DNA of 37,074 nucleotides from Acidiferrobacterales bacterium (lineage in GTDB: Bacteria; Pseudomonadota; Gammaproteobacteria; Arenicellales; Poriferihabitantaceae). The notes beneath the pieces are model-generated. The model was not told the DNA's origin. It did not search any database and worked only from the letters and a program-made list of their open reading frames with translations. The translations under genes and the position numbers were made by a program. Shown here piece by piece: positions 27,435 through 37,006 of the stretch; positions within the stretch are counted from its first letter, which is position 1, and each line of letters opens with the position of its first letter. The DNA is taken from NCBI GenBank assembly GCA_019633985.1, contig JAHQWE010000135.1, positions 1-37,074 on the forward strand, written 5' to 3'.

Positions 27435-28640
27435 CTATACATCTGCTTTTTTGGGTAAGGTTAAATTCAACACAACATATGCGGCAATCGCTGACAATAC
27501 CGAGCCAATTAAAATCCCCATGCGATCCTGACCATAGTATTCGCCACCGCCATGATCGAAAGCCAAGCCTGCGATGAAGAGACTCATTGTGAATCCAATA
27601 CCACAGGCAAACGCGACGCCAAGAACATTCCACCAGTTAATATTCTGCGGCAATCGAGCCATGCCCAATATGACAGCCGCACCGACAAACAGCATCACTC
27701 CTATCGGTTTCCCAACCACCAGGCCAATAATAACGCCTAGGGTCACCGGGTCAGTGACCGTATGCAGCGTCACTCCGCCCAGTGCAATACCTGCATTCGC
27801 CAGAGCAAACACAGGCAGAATTCCGTAAGCGACTGGTCCATGCAAGTCGTGCTCCAGACTGCGAAGAGGCGAGCCATCGTCGTGATCTCTCATTGGTACA
27901 CAGAGAGCGATTAACACCCCAGCCAGCGTCGCATGCACGCCGGATTTCAGTACCGCTACCCATAGAATGATGCCGACCAACACATAAGCTGATACCCGCT
28001 TGATACCGCGCTTATTCATTATCAATGCAAAAACCAGCGCGGCAAACGACACCCACAAAGCCTGAACTGACAGATCACCGGAATAGAACAAGGCGATGAT
28101 GATGATCGCAGCGAGGTCGTCAAAAATTGCCAACGTCAGTAAAAACACTTTTAACGCTGTGGGTACTCGGGTTCCAAACACGCTCAGTAACCCAAGTGCA
28201 AACGCGATATCTGTCGCCACTGGTATCGCCCAGCCCTCAAGCGCAGCGCTATTTCCCCAATTCATCCAAATATAGATACCGGCAGGTACAACCATTCCAC
28301 CCGCAGCCCCTAAAGCCGGCAAAACAATCTGCGAGGGGGAAGACAACTCCCCTTCCACAAACTCACGCTTGATTTCCAATCCAATCAGAAAAAAGAAGAT
28401 CGCCATCAATCCGTCATTGATCCATAGCAGCAACGGTTTATGTATTTCAAGTTCACCCACTAATACCGCGACCGGGGTATTCAACAATAATGCGTACTGA
28501 TCCGCCAACGGAGAGTTGGCAATCAACATGGCAAACATCGCAGCACACAGCAAGAGAATGCCGCCGGCTGACTCAAGACGAATAAACTCGGTTAACGCCT
28601 TTCGCAGTTTTGGCTTGGCGCCTGAGATACCGGATAACAT
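27435..28640 (-). CDS. nhaA: Na+/H+ antiporter NhaA
   Basis: Family-typical sequence along the full length of about 400 aa (LESAGGILLLCAAMFAMLIANSPLA...), 12 TM segments. Confidence 0.93.
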   Translation of the reverse strand: MLSGISGAKPKLRKALTEFIRLESAGGILLLCAAMFAMLIANSPLADQYALLLNTPVAVLVGELEIHKPLLLWINDGLMAIFFFLIGLEIKREFVEGELSSPSQIVLPALGAAGGMVVPAGIYIWMNWGNSAALEGWAIPVATDIAFALGLLSVFGTRVPTALKVFLLTLAIFDDLAAIIIIALFYSGDLSVQALWVSFAALVFALIMNKRGIKRVSAYVLVGIILWVAVLKSGVHATLAGVLIALCVPMRDHDDGSPLRSLEHDLHGPVAYGILPVFALANAGIALGGVTLHTVTDPVTLGVIIGLVVGKPIGVMLFVGAAVILGMARLPQNINWWNVLGVAFACGIGFTMSLFIAGLAFDHGGGEYYGQDRMGILIGSVLSAIAAYVVLNLTLPKKADV

Positions 28641-28761
28641 AGAGGGAATTCCCGAACAGTGTGGAGATATTCGTCATATCTGTTCTATTTTCTTTTTATC
28701 AAGACTTGCATTACATGAAATAAATGTCATAAATTACAGGTAGCTCAGTAAGCCAGAATTC

Positions 28762-29094
28762 ATGCAAACCGCCGCACCACATTGGACTTTTCTTTCCAAC
28801 CACGCCCATGTGCTGATTTGTATCGCGGAGAATCCCGAAATCCGGTTACGGGATATCGCAGACAAAGTTGGCATCACAGAACGCTCCGCCCAGAGAATCA
28901 TTAACCAGCTGAGGGAAGCAAACATTCTAGTCACAGAGAAAAATGGCCGTAGGAACCATTATCTTGTTGATGTAGAGCAAGAATTAAGACACCCTATTGA
29001 AGCGCACTGTAAAGTCGCCACATTGTTATCAGGGATATTAAGTCCGCAAAAAGTCTCTCACATTCGCAAGATGTTTCTTGAGGCTGTGACATAG
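28762..29094 (+). CDS. winged helix-turn-helix transcriptional regulator (small, divergent from nhaA)
   Basis: wHTH-like block IRLRDIADKVGITERSAQRIINQLREANILVTEKNGRRNHY. Family is uncertain. Confidence 0.55.
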   Translation: MQTAAPHWTFLSNHAHVLICIAENPEIRLRDIADKVGITERSAQRIINQLREANILVTEKNGRRNHYLVDVEQELRHPIEAHCKVATLLSGILSPQKVSHIRKMFLEAVT

Positions 29095-29149
29095 ATATGT
29101 TGACCACATTGCCACTCAATCAAATTAACCAAACTTTTTAGACTCAAGC

Positions 29150-30151
29150 GTGACACTCCTCGTCGTTTTTGTAGCGTTAGCTATTATCGTGTCGTTTTAC
29201 TGCTCTTTATTAGAGTCAGCTTTCCTGAGCATTACCCCGGCTTCGGTTCAGGTCTATCTGAAAGAACACCCAAAGAAAGGCGCTAAACTGGTGCAACTAA
29301 AAGAGGAAGTCGACCGCCCGCTGGCGGCGATTTTGAGCTTGAACACGATCGCGCACACACTCGGTGCAACAGGAGCAGGAGCACAAGCGGCCATACTCTT
29401 TGGCAATCAGTGGATTGCTATTTTTTCGGCATTGCTGACGCTTGCCATTCTCATTCTGAGCGAAGTCATTCCAAAAACACTGGGCGCCGTTCACTGGCGC
29501 AGGCTCATTGGCTTCGTAGTAAACACTCTGCCCCTTTTAATCGCGCTCACCTACCCCCTCGTTTGGCTCTCGGTTGCGATAAGCTCATTGCTTCGTCACA
29601 GGAAACCTCGACAAATTATGCGCAGCGAAATCCACGCGATTGCCGAATTGGGCGAACAGGAGGGGGCAATTTCGAAAGAGGAGTCGGCATTTATCCAATC
29701 ACTGCTCAAATTTAAGGATATTACCGTAGACGAAGTGATGACCCCCATCAGCGTGGTCGCTTCCGTGCAGGAATCTGAAAAAGTGGAACAAGTACTAGAT
29801 CAGGACATCCCGTTCTCCCGCATTCCGCTGTACCGCAATGAGTCGAACCAAATTACGGGTTATATTCTGAAAGATGATCTTCACGAGCTGGTAGAGGACA
29901 ACGAGACCGCTGTGCCGGTTGCGGCATTCAAGCGATCTATTTTCAGTATGGACTCTCGCTCAGATCTCCCTCACGCGATCAACTACTTTTCCAAAAACCG
30001 CGACCATATCGCGGTAGCCACAGATAAATCAGGGCAAGCTGTAGGGATCATTACTCTGGAAGATGCGGTGGAAACCCTTTTGGGGTGGGAAATCGTTGAT
30101 GAATTTGATCCGGTTCCCGACATGCGCAAGCTCGCGAAGAACATTGACTAG
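29150..30151 (+). CDS. CNNM (DUF21) transmembrane domain plus CBS-pair protein (HlyC/CorC-like transporter lacking the CorC_HlyC C-terminal domain)
   Basis: N-terminal DUF21 with four TM helices (ILSEVIPKTLG). A CBS pair (VDEVMTPISVV...) follows. GTG start in the ORF track. Confidence 0.8.
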   Translation: MTLLVVFVALAIIVSFYCSLLESAFLSITPASVQVYLKEHPKKGAKLVQLKEEVDRPLAAILSLNTIAHTLGATGAGAQAAILFGNQWIAIFSALLTLAILILSEVIPKTLGAVHWRRLIGFVVNTLPLLIALTYPLVWLSVAISSLLRHRKPRQIMRSEIHAIAELGEQEGAISKEESAFIQSLLKFKDITVDEVMTPISVVASVQESEKVEQVLDQDIPFSRIPLYRNESNQITGYILKDDLHELVEDNETAVPVAAFKRSIFSMDSRSDLPHAINYFSKNRDHIAVATDKSGQAVGIITLEDAVETLLGWEIVDEFDPVPDMRKLAKNID

Positions 30152-30209
30152 CCCTGGCTGTATACTGAAATAGCCAGCCGGTGCAACTGACCTAACCGGG
30201 CTCAAATCT

Positions 30210-30992
30210 TTACCGCATATTGCGCCCACCATCAAACATGATCGTTTGACCAGTGACAAAGGCCGTTGACTCCGACGCCAGCAACTTTACAAATTGCGCA
30301 GTTTCCTGATTCGAAGTCATACGCCTTAAGGGAGTACTCTCGACCACGGATTGGATCTGCTCCTCGCTGTACAGCGCTTGTACCAAAGGAGAGTCAACAA
30401 AACCAAGACCAACGCCGTTTACTCGAATCGTCGGACCGAGTTCCAAAGCCATACACTTGGTCAACATATTCAACCCAGCCTTCGAAGCGCAGTAGTTCGC
30501 CGCATTTGCTCGTCCTTGTGTGGTAGTGGTTGCAGAGATATTCACAATCACCCCACCCCGACCTTTCACCATCTGCTTGGCCACACGTTGAGATACTAAA
30601 AATGGCCCTTTCAAATTAGCAGCAATCACTGTATCCCAGGCATTTTCTGTCATCTCAAGAAATGATCCGTCCCTGCTTAGCCCCGCATTATTGACGAGAA
30701 TATCGATGCCGCCGTAGTGATCCATAATTTGCTCAATCATCGATTTCACTTCAGTCACATTGGAGATATCTGCTTTACACGCAAACGCTTTTCCTCCACT
30801 AACCTCTATTTCTGAGACCACCTGATTCGCGCCCTCTTCAGAATGGGCATAGTTTACGCATACGCTTGCGCCCTGAGCGCCAAATGCCCGGGCGATATAG
30901 CATCCAAGGCCTCGCCCGGCACCTGTGACCAACACGGATTTATTTTTAAATTCTGTCATTTTATTGTTTTCTATTAGTACTCGCCTATTCAT
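30210..30992 (-). CDS. SDR family NAD(P)-dependent oxidoreductase
   Basis: TGAGRGLG cofactor motif, NNAG, and a YCASK catalytic block. Start is probably the internal Met (MTEFKNKSVLVTG). Confidence 0.9.
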   Translation of the reverse strand: MNRRVLIENNKMTEFKNKSVLVTGAGRGLGCYIARAFGAQGASVCVNYAHSEEGANQVVSEIEVSGGKAFACKADISNVTEVKSMIEQIMDHYGGIDILVNNAGLSRDGSFLEMTENAWDTVIAANLKGPFLVSQRVAKQMVKGRGGVIVNISATTTTQGRANAANYCASKAGLNMLTKCMALELGPTIRVNGVGLGFVDSPLVQALYSEEQIQSVVESTPLRRMTSNQETAQFVKLLASESTAFVTGQTIMFDGGRNMR

Positions 30993-31007
30993 TGAGTAAC
31001 AGGCGAA

Positions 31008-31919
31008 TCATTGATGGGGATTAACCAAAGATTGCAGGTTACAGATGTGTTCCCTGCGGACACCGCAGCAACCACCAATTACCTGCACACCACGTGCCAG
31101 CCATTTCTTGGAATTCAACTTGTAGTCTTCGGGCGATATGTTATCGTCAAACACTGCGTTGCCGCCTTCAAAGCGACAGGTATGGGCGTACACCCCAATT
31201 TTCCCCTGCCAATGTGTTTGCAAAATATCCAGGCACGCTTCGATATGCTCCACCTCTGTGTGCATAATATTGATCAGTGGAACATTCTTGTCTTTGATCA
31301 CACGCACCGCTTCGATCAGAGATTCACCACCCAACAGTCGCATTTCACCATTGATGGGTTTCAAGGAAAGGCCTGCCCATACCGGCAGTCCTGCGGCTGC
31401 TGCACCGTCAATACAGGCAATTAATTTGTCAATATGGCTCAACATCTCGAGTACGATCAGGTCGCATCCTCCCTCGGCCATGAGCATCGCCTGATCTTTA
31501 CTATTTTCCTCGAGCTCCTTCAGTGAAGGCGGGTTATCAGTCCAAATCCAGTGGGTGATTCCGCCAGCGATCAGCACCTCAGGTTTACCCTGATTTCGTC
31601 GGGCATCCTGTGCCAACTGCACCGCAGCCCTGGTCAGCGATTCGAATCGATCCTCTATCCCTGCCGATCTCATCGCATGTCGGGAAGAGCTGAATGTGTT
31701 GGTGATAATCATTTCAGCACCGCACTCAATGTATTCCTCATGGATAGTGCGGACGATCTCCGGATGGGACAACGCGGCGCCGCTGTTCCAAATATTCATC
31801 ACATGAGGAACGCCGCGTCTCTCGCACTCGGTTCCTGTGGCGCCGTCAATGAGTATGCGTTCTCCATTCTCAATTCGAGTAATTAACGCATTGTATGCAG
31901 CTGTCGGCATGTGACTCAA
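31008..31919 (-). CDS. homocysteine S-methyltransferase family protein (Zn-dependent; BHMT/MmuM-like)
   Basis: S-methyl_trans blocks ILIDGATGTE...IITNTF...GGCCG (zinc-binding Cys motif). Confidence 0.85.
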   Translation of the reverse strand: MSHMPTAAYNALITRIENGERILIDGATGTECERRGVPHVMNIWNSGAALSHPEIVRTIHEEYIECGAEMIITNTFSSSRHAMRSAGIEDRFESLTRAAVQLAQDARRNQGKPEVLIAGGITHWIWTDNPPSLKELEENSKDQAMLMAEGGCDLIVLEMLSHIDKLIACIDGAAAAGLPVWAGLSLKPINGEMRLLGGESLIEAVRVIKDKNVPLINIMHTEVEHIEACLDILQTHWQGKIGVYAHTCRFEGGNAVFDDNISPEDYKLNSKKWLARGVQVIGGCCGVRREHICNLQSLVNPHQ

Positions 31920-32066
31920 AGAATTCGGCAGTTAACAAAACATATAGCGACATTCGCCTCTGCTATTTCAGCCTATCTGTCACGGAAACACAAATGCGCC
32001 GAATTGGTCACAGTTAATTCAAAACCGACTTACACCGTGAATCGAGCAAGCAAAGTGCAGGTCGAA

Positions 32067-32642
32067 TTATTGCAGGCCGCGCACAAGCGCTGAGAGTTGG
32101 TCTACAGAAGCGCCAAAAGGCGATATTGCCTTGAACTGCCCGTCGCGATCCAAAACCACAATGTGAATAGAGTGATCAATTGTGTAATTCTCTCCTGCTG
32201 TTCGGCGGTATCGGATGTTGTACTGTTCGGCGACTCGAGCGATGTCTTCATCAGACCCCGTTAACCCAATGATATCTGGATGAAAGAACTGTACATACTG
32301 CCCAATTTTATCAGGGCTATCTCGTTGCGGATCCAGAGTGACAAAAACACCGGCGACCTGATCAGCGCCCACCTCTCGAATCGTCTTACCTATGGTATTT
32401 AATTCCAACGGACAAATATCGGGGCAATTGAGGAAGCCGAAATAAAGCAGGACTTTGCGACCGCGTAACTGTTCAAGTTCAAACAAGTCGCCGTGTTGAT
32501 CAGTGAGCGTAAAATCACCGCCCAGCTTTTTCTCTGCGTTCGCTGAAAAGAAAGGTGTGATGAGAAAAATGAAAATCAGCCAGAAGCGCGGTATCCATGC
32601 CGTCGCCACAAAGTACAAGCCAGTTGGTTCAGCTTGATTCAC
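32067..32642 (-). CDS. SCO1/SenC family copper chaperone (thioredoxin fold)
   Basis: CPDICP (CxxxC) motif plus a downstream His. N-terminal TM anchor. Overlaps the upstream gene by 4 nt (ATGA). Confidence 0.85.
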   Translation of the reverse strand: MNQAEPTGLYFVATAWIPRFWLIFIFLITPFFSANAEKKLGGDFTLTDQHGDLFELEQLRGRKVLLYFGFLNCPDICPLELNTIGKTIREVGADQVAGVFVTLDPQRDSPDKIGQYVQFFHPDIIGLTGSDEDIARVAEQYNIRYRRTAGENYTIDHSIHIVVLDRDGQFKAISPFGASVDQLSALVRGLQ

Positions 32643-34555
32643 TGCGCCTGATAGCCGGGATCGCCAATGGGAGCCGTAAAGGCATCTGATACCAGTATAT
32701 CGATATCGTGGCTGGTCAACGAATTCAAAAACGCTTCAATCGCATTCAATTCGCTTTCTGCGAGCCCCAATGGTCGAATTAGTGGGCTTTGCAATTCATG
32801 GGGCACACCACCCTGGTTATAGAATTCGAGAACTTCCCTTAACGTCCCAAATTCACCGTTGTGCATGTATGGGGCGGTCAACGCGATATTTCTGAGCGTT
32901 GGGGTTCTGAACTTCCAGCGGTCCGCGGGGTTTTCTGTGACCTCATATTGACCAACATCTGATGGTTTCTTTTCTCCGACGGTTGCAATGTATTCCGGGT
33001 CAACGTCTAGAAACACGCCAGGGGCAAGGGTGATGCGTTTGGCAATTTCATTTTTCTGAATGGAGTTCTTGTAACCCAGACCGGTGTTGTGAAGCAGGTT
33101 ATCACTAAACAGAGCCTGGTTATTCTGCACCAGGTGACAGCCAGAGCAACCTGCCTTGCCATCAAACAATTCGAAACCTTGTTTTGCTTCTGCACTCATC
33201 GCGTTCGGCTGATTGTCATATAACCAGCGATCAAACGGGGAATCTGCGGCGATCAACGTTCTTTGATAACTCGCCAGGGCCTGCCCTAGATTCTCCATTC
33301 CAACTTTTTCCCCATCAAATGCCTCTTCAAATAGGCCGTCGTAGTCTGCAAAGGAACGAATTTTTTTCAACACATATCCCACAGAAGGATTTGCCATTTC
33401 ATTCCTGGCAAGCAACGGGCTCCATACCTGTTGTTCCAGATTCTCTTCCCGGCCATCATGAAACAAGGTCGACAAATATCCAACGTTGTATAAGGTTGGT
33501 GAATTCCTTCTGACAGATCGGCCCTCAACACCAACGGCGGTTGAAATCTCATTGCTGGTAAAACCCTGCTCGGGGATATGACACATCGCACAGGAAAAGG
33601 TGTCGTTAATCGATAGCCTCCTGTCAAAAAACAGTTTCCGACCCAGCTCTATTTTTTTCTGCGTTAGCGGATTATTTTCAGGAACGGGGAGTTCAGGTAA
33701 TCCATTCACTTTCCTCTGAGCCAACTTAAACAAATCTGCCTTGACCCCCAACCGACTTTCTAATGCCAAGCTTTTCGTCGTATAACTCTTTGACTCATAA
33801 CCTTGTTTGTAATCCCCAGGTTGAGAAAGTGTGCTGCCCGCAAGTTGCATCTGCGGCTGATCAGATTCTCCCTCGAGCATCAGTGTTTTGACATCTGCAA
33901 TTAGTAAATCCGCATGCAAAAAACTGACGCTGTAGATATTTCGTATAGTGAGGGATTCGTCTATCAAGAAAACTTTGAGCAGATGAGACAACTCTACAGT
34001 TTCCTCACCATCGCTCACGATAAACTGTCGCTGCACATCCTGATCGTAGTCAATCAAAATCGGTGCAAGCTCTGTGATCGAATCCGTCGTTAGAAAATGC
34101 CAACTCCCCGCACTGCCAGCATATTTAAAATTGTCTGCGTAAAGTCGCATGACTTCAGGGGTGTCAACTTCAGGATCAAAACTTAAACTCACAAGCTGAA
34201 GCTGTTTAGATAGCGCTTCATCCGCTTCCATTGCAGATTTGATCTTGTAAAACACATAGGAAGACAGAGGGCAACCGTTGATATCGTTGCAGCTGCTGTA
34301 CATAAAACTGAGCAGCGTCAGCTTGCCAGAAAACACCTGATGTAAAGTGGTCTCGCCGCCGTTAGAATCCAGTACCCTGCCATCAGGTGCAACGCCAATA
34401 TTTGACAGATCATAACTGCCGGGGGTCGGAGGAGCGTAATCCAAAGCGCCATACCCTATTGCAGACTGCTGGGCGAAAGCGCTTGAACAAATTGCGATAA
34501 GACCTAGGCAAAGCCTGATCTTAGCTATGCAGCTTTTCAGAATGAATTGGTGCAT
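32639..34555 (-). CDS. fusion protein: N-terminal SCO1/SenC-like domain plus C-terminal di-heme cytochrome c peroxidase/MauG-like domain
   Basis: Signal peptide. A thioredoxin-like N-terminal half (~230 aa) resembling SCO/SenC but with Cys spacing CNDINGC. Two CXXCH heme motifs (CAMCH, CSGCH) lie in a CCP/MauG-type C-terminal half (~330 aa). Confidence 0.8.
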   Translation of the reverse strand: MHQFILKSCIAKIRLCLGLIAICSSAFAQQSAIGYGALDYAPPTPGSYDLSNIGVAPDGRVLDSNGGETTLHQVFSGKLTLLSFMYSSCNDINGCPLSSYVFYKIKSAMEADEALSKQLQLVSLSFDPEVDTPEVMRLYADNFKYAGSAGSWHFLTTDSITELAPILIDYDQDVQRQFIVSDGEETVELSHLLKVFLIDESLTIRNIYSVSFLHADLLIADVKTLMLEGESDQPQMQLAGSTLSQPGDYKQGYESKSYTTKSLALESRLGVKADLFKLAQRKVNGLPELPVPENNPLTQKKIELGRKLFFDRRLSINDTFSCAMCHIPEQGFTSNEISTAVGVEGRSVRRNSPTLYNVGYLSTLFHDGREENLEQQVWSPLLARNEMANPSVGYVLKKIRSFADYDGLFEEAFDGEKVGMENLGQALASYQRTLIAADSPFDRWLYDNQPNAMSAEAKQGFELFDGKAGCSGCHLVQNNQALFSDNLLHNTGLGYKNSIQKNEIAKRITLAPGVFLDVDPEYIATVGEKKPSDVGQYEVTENPADRWKFRTPTLRNIALTAPYMHNGEFGTLREVLEFYNQGGVPHELQSPLIRPLGLAESELNAIEAFLNSLTSHDIDILVSDAFTAPIGDPGYQAQ

Positions 34556-34608
34556 ATCGACTTTTAGACCAATGAAGTGTGCTGGCTTTGTGTGAGACCA
34601 ACACGAGT

Positions 34609-34635
34609 TGAAGTGCCCTGATTCAGGGCACTTCA
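34609..34635. repeat. 27-nt near-perfect palindrome (TGAAGTGCCCTGATTCAGGGCACTTCA) between the SBP56 gene and the SCO-MauG gene
   Basis: Seen directly. An intra-operon hairpin without a U-tract. Candidate attenuator, RNA-stability element or operator. Confidence 0.5.
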
Positions 34636-34649
34636 GTCTGCCGTGACGG

Positions 34650-36050
34650 CTAGTCGGTCACGCTGGTTGCAGCCAGGTGTTTTTGATCATCCAGAATAGA
34701 TGAATTGGCGTACAGAGAGTAAGCACCAAATCGCATTTGATGTGAACGCCCCAGTTTCTCGGCATAAAAATCGATAGCGAACTCTTCTTTCAGTTCCTTA
34801 CCGTCCCAGGTATAGGCTTTGAAATACTGCTCATCCGCATCGTCCTTTTTGTCCCAGTTCGCCAGCAAAGAACTCGTATAGTACTGCCGCTTACCATCCC
34901 AGCTGCCAGAGACCATGTTGATTTGGCTACCGATTACCTTCTCATAAACCTGCTTCGGGTTCTCCGGATCGCTCATATCAAAGAAACGGGTTTTTCCATC
35001 GCTGAAGGTGTTCACAAAGAAACCAGAATCATCCGACAGAATCGAAAAGTCTACTGGCAAAGGTACTTTAGATGGATCACCAATCGTACCTATGGACTTC
35101 GCCTGCCATTCACCGGCACTGTCTTCATAGATCATCCAGATTTGTGAAGTCAGTGCTGTGGTCGTCAAACACCAGTTATGATTTGGCTGCCATGCACAGC
35201 GAAGCTCCAGTGGCGCTCCCGGTACGTCGAGCACCTTCTTAGGCTTACGCGCGTGCAAATCCCAGACGACGACAGTATTGCCGAAGCGCTTCATTGCTTC
35301 AGCGTCTCCCAGCATCTGCCCAAAATCCATCATGTAGTTTGACCATCCGGTAAAGGAGGAAGTTACCATGATGTTCTTGCGCGGCAGCGCACGAACGTCA
35401 TAACCATAGCCATCTGCGAATTGTCCACCCTTCACAGCGCCCTGCAGGTTTTCATCGGTAGGCATCCAGTGGGTTGCAACGTATTCACCTGCATTGGTGT
35501 ATTCCACCATCGCAGTGCGACCACCGTTGTCTTTATTGTTCGACAACCCTGTAATCATCATCCGACCGGGCAAGGCGTATGTGGTATGTGGTCCAACGAC
35601 TCCACCACTGTCAGAGACAAACGTGTCGATCGTCTGGCTCAAGGTTGGTTTTGCCGGATCTGTATGAACGTCAAATATAAAAATCTTGTTGGTATCCAGA
35701 CCGCCAGCCCAAAGGTACTTTCGATCATCGGTGAACCCAGAGTGATGGGCTTCATTGCGGCCGCCAACGGATAAGCTGTTGATCACAGTACCATAAGAAG
35801 CGGAAGATGGATTGACATCGATCGTCACCAGCTTGTCTTGCCCGTCTCCGAGGCCCTCTACACCGAGAGTCCAAACGTAGACAAAATCTTCTTGCCCCGT
35901 GATCTTCGCCATATACGGCGACATGCAGGTTTCATCTGCATATGCAGTGTTGGAAATCCCAACAGCGGCGGCAGACAGTCCAAATAATCCTGCGAGAATA
36001 GTGCGCCCTAGGAGAGCGCTAGGTGGTTTTCTAAAGGTGTTCAATTTCAT
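34650..36050 (-). CDS. mtoX: selenium-binding protein (SBP56) family, putative Cu-dependent methanethiol oxidase
   Basis: Clear homology to SELENBP1/SBP56: TIDVNPSSASYGTVINSLSVGGRNEAHHSGFT against human [34 protein letters not shown], and YYTSSLLANWDKKDD against ITTSLYSAWDKQFYPD. Signal peptide present. Encoded directly upstream of SCO1-MauG and SCO1 genes, which is the published mtoX genomic signature. Confidence 0.8.
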   Translation of the reverse strand: MKLNTFRKPPSALLGRTILAGLFGLSAAAVGISNTAYADETCMSPYMAKITGQEDFVYVWTLGVEGLGDGQDKLVTIDVNPSSASYGTVINSLSVGGRNEAHHSGFTDDRKYLWAGGLDTNKIFIFDVHTDPAKPTLSQTIDTFVSDSGGVVGPHTTYALPGRMMITGLSNNKDNGGRTAMVEYTNAGEYVATHWMPTDENLQGAVKGGQFADGYGYDVRALPRKNIMVTSSFTGWSNYMMDFGQMLGDAEAMKRFGNTVVVWDLHARKPKKVLDVPGAPLELRCAWQPNHNWCLTTTALTSQIWMIYEDSAGEWQAKSIGTIGDPSKVPLPVDFSILSDDSGFFVNTFSDGKTRFFDMSDPENPKQVYEKVIGSQINMVSGSWDGKRQYYTSSLLANWDKKDDADEQYFKAYTWDGKELKEEFAIDFYAEKLGRSHQMRFGAYSLYANSSILDDQKHLAATSVTD

Positions 36051-36071
36051 TTTTTATTACTCCATGTTTCT

Positions 36072-36785
36072 TTAAGGCTTTACAGTGCTAAATCCAAGGA
36101 TTTCCCACGCCTGCATGCCGTCTCGGTACCATTTGATATTTTCAGCCGGATACCCAAACTTCAGCAACGTACGAATACTGGCAGGTGACTGACCACACCA
36201 CATGCCATTACAGAACAGAACCAATGTTTTTGCATTTCCATAGTCGAATACTTCGGAAACTGTGCCATTGGCAATCGCTTCGTCAATCGCTATTTCATCC
36301 GCTCCTGACGCCAGACCAACATTGAAGTCTTCTGTCATTACTTTGGTAATACCCTCAGTCGTAGCACCTTTGGCCGGCGTTAATTCGGTCCAGGAGATAT
36401 TGACTGCTCCAGGTATGGTCCCTTTCGCTACCCAGTCAGGGGTACGGGAGTCGATCAGCATAATATTTTTGTCGCCTGCTTCCATTTTCTTGACATAGTC
36501 AATGAGCTCTAACTCTCCAAGTGTTTCCACACCTTCGGCCAGCGTCATAGGCTGAATACAAAAAGGCGGACAAGGTCGTGAAGTTTTCGCAAATGCATCG
36601 ATCACGGTGTTGCCGTTATCCTGATTTCGCACAATTTCGGTTTTAGCGCCGTTATGGGTCACTGAGACCGACATCATATCTGGGGTAATACCCACCGGTT
36701 TGGCATCCGCTGCGAACGCGGAAGGGGCTGACAAAGTAAAAGTCAGTAGTGTTGATAGTAGTATTGCTTTGTTTTTCATTCTCAA
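36072..36785 (-). CDS. periplasmic rhodanese-like domain protein (sulfurtransferase)
   Basis: Signal peptide. Rhodanese blocks LIDSRTPDWVAKGTIPGAVNI and an active-site loop FCNGMWCGQS. 21 nt upstream of the SBP56 gene. Confidence 0.8.
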   Translation of the reverse strand: MRMKNKAILLSTLLTFTLSAPSAFAADAKPVGITPDMMSVSVTHNGAKTEIVRNQDNGNTVIDAFAKTSRPCPPFCIQPMTLAEGVETLGELELIDYVKKMEAGDKNIMLIDSRTPDWVAKGTIPGAVNISWTELTPAKGATTEGITKVMTEDFNVGLASGADEIAIDEAIANGTVSEVFDYGNAKTLVLFCNGMWCGQSPASIRTLLKFGYPAENIKWYRDGMQAWEILGFSTVKP

Positions 36786-36817
36786 TTCCTCTTGGGTTCA
36801 GTTATATTTTTAATTCA

Positions 36818-37006
36818 TTAACATTCCGGATCTTCATCATCACCGGATTCGGTTTCGTCATCCCCTTCAGTTGACTGAAAATCAATCATGGCAGACCCAG
36901 ATATTGGGACTGATACATCCGCGGATGAAACAGCAACGTTAGTGCTAAATATAAAAAGCACTAACAAAAAGAGAAGATTCATCCGTTTTATGGCTTTACT
37001 GTACAT
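36818..37006 (-). CDS. small secreted protein with an acidic Cys-terminated tail (62 aa)
   Basis: Signal-peptide-like N-terminus and a GDDETESGDDEDPEC tail. First gene of the putative rhodanese-mtoX operon. Could be spurious. Confidence 0.3.
   Translation of the reverse strand: MYSKAIKRMNLLFLLVLFIFSTNVAVSSADVSVPISGSAMIDFQSTEGDDETESGDDEDPEC

Noticed and set aside
34650-36050. Tat (twin-arginine) signal on the SBP56/MtoX-like protein
   Set aside because: The N-terminus has a hydrophobic signal-like region but no RR motif. Treated as Sec-type/uncertain.
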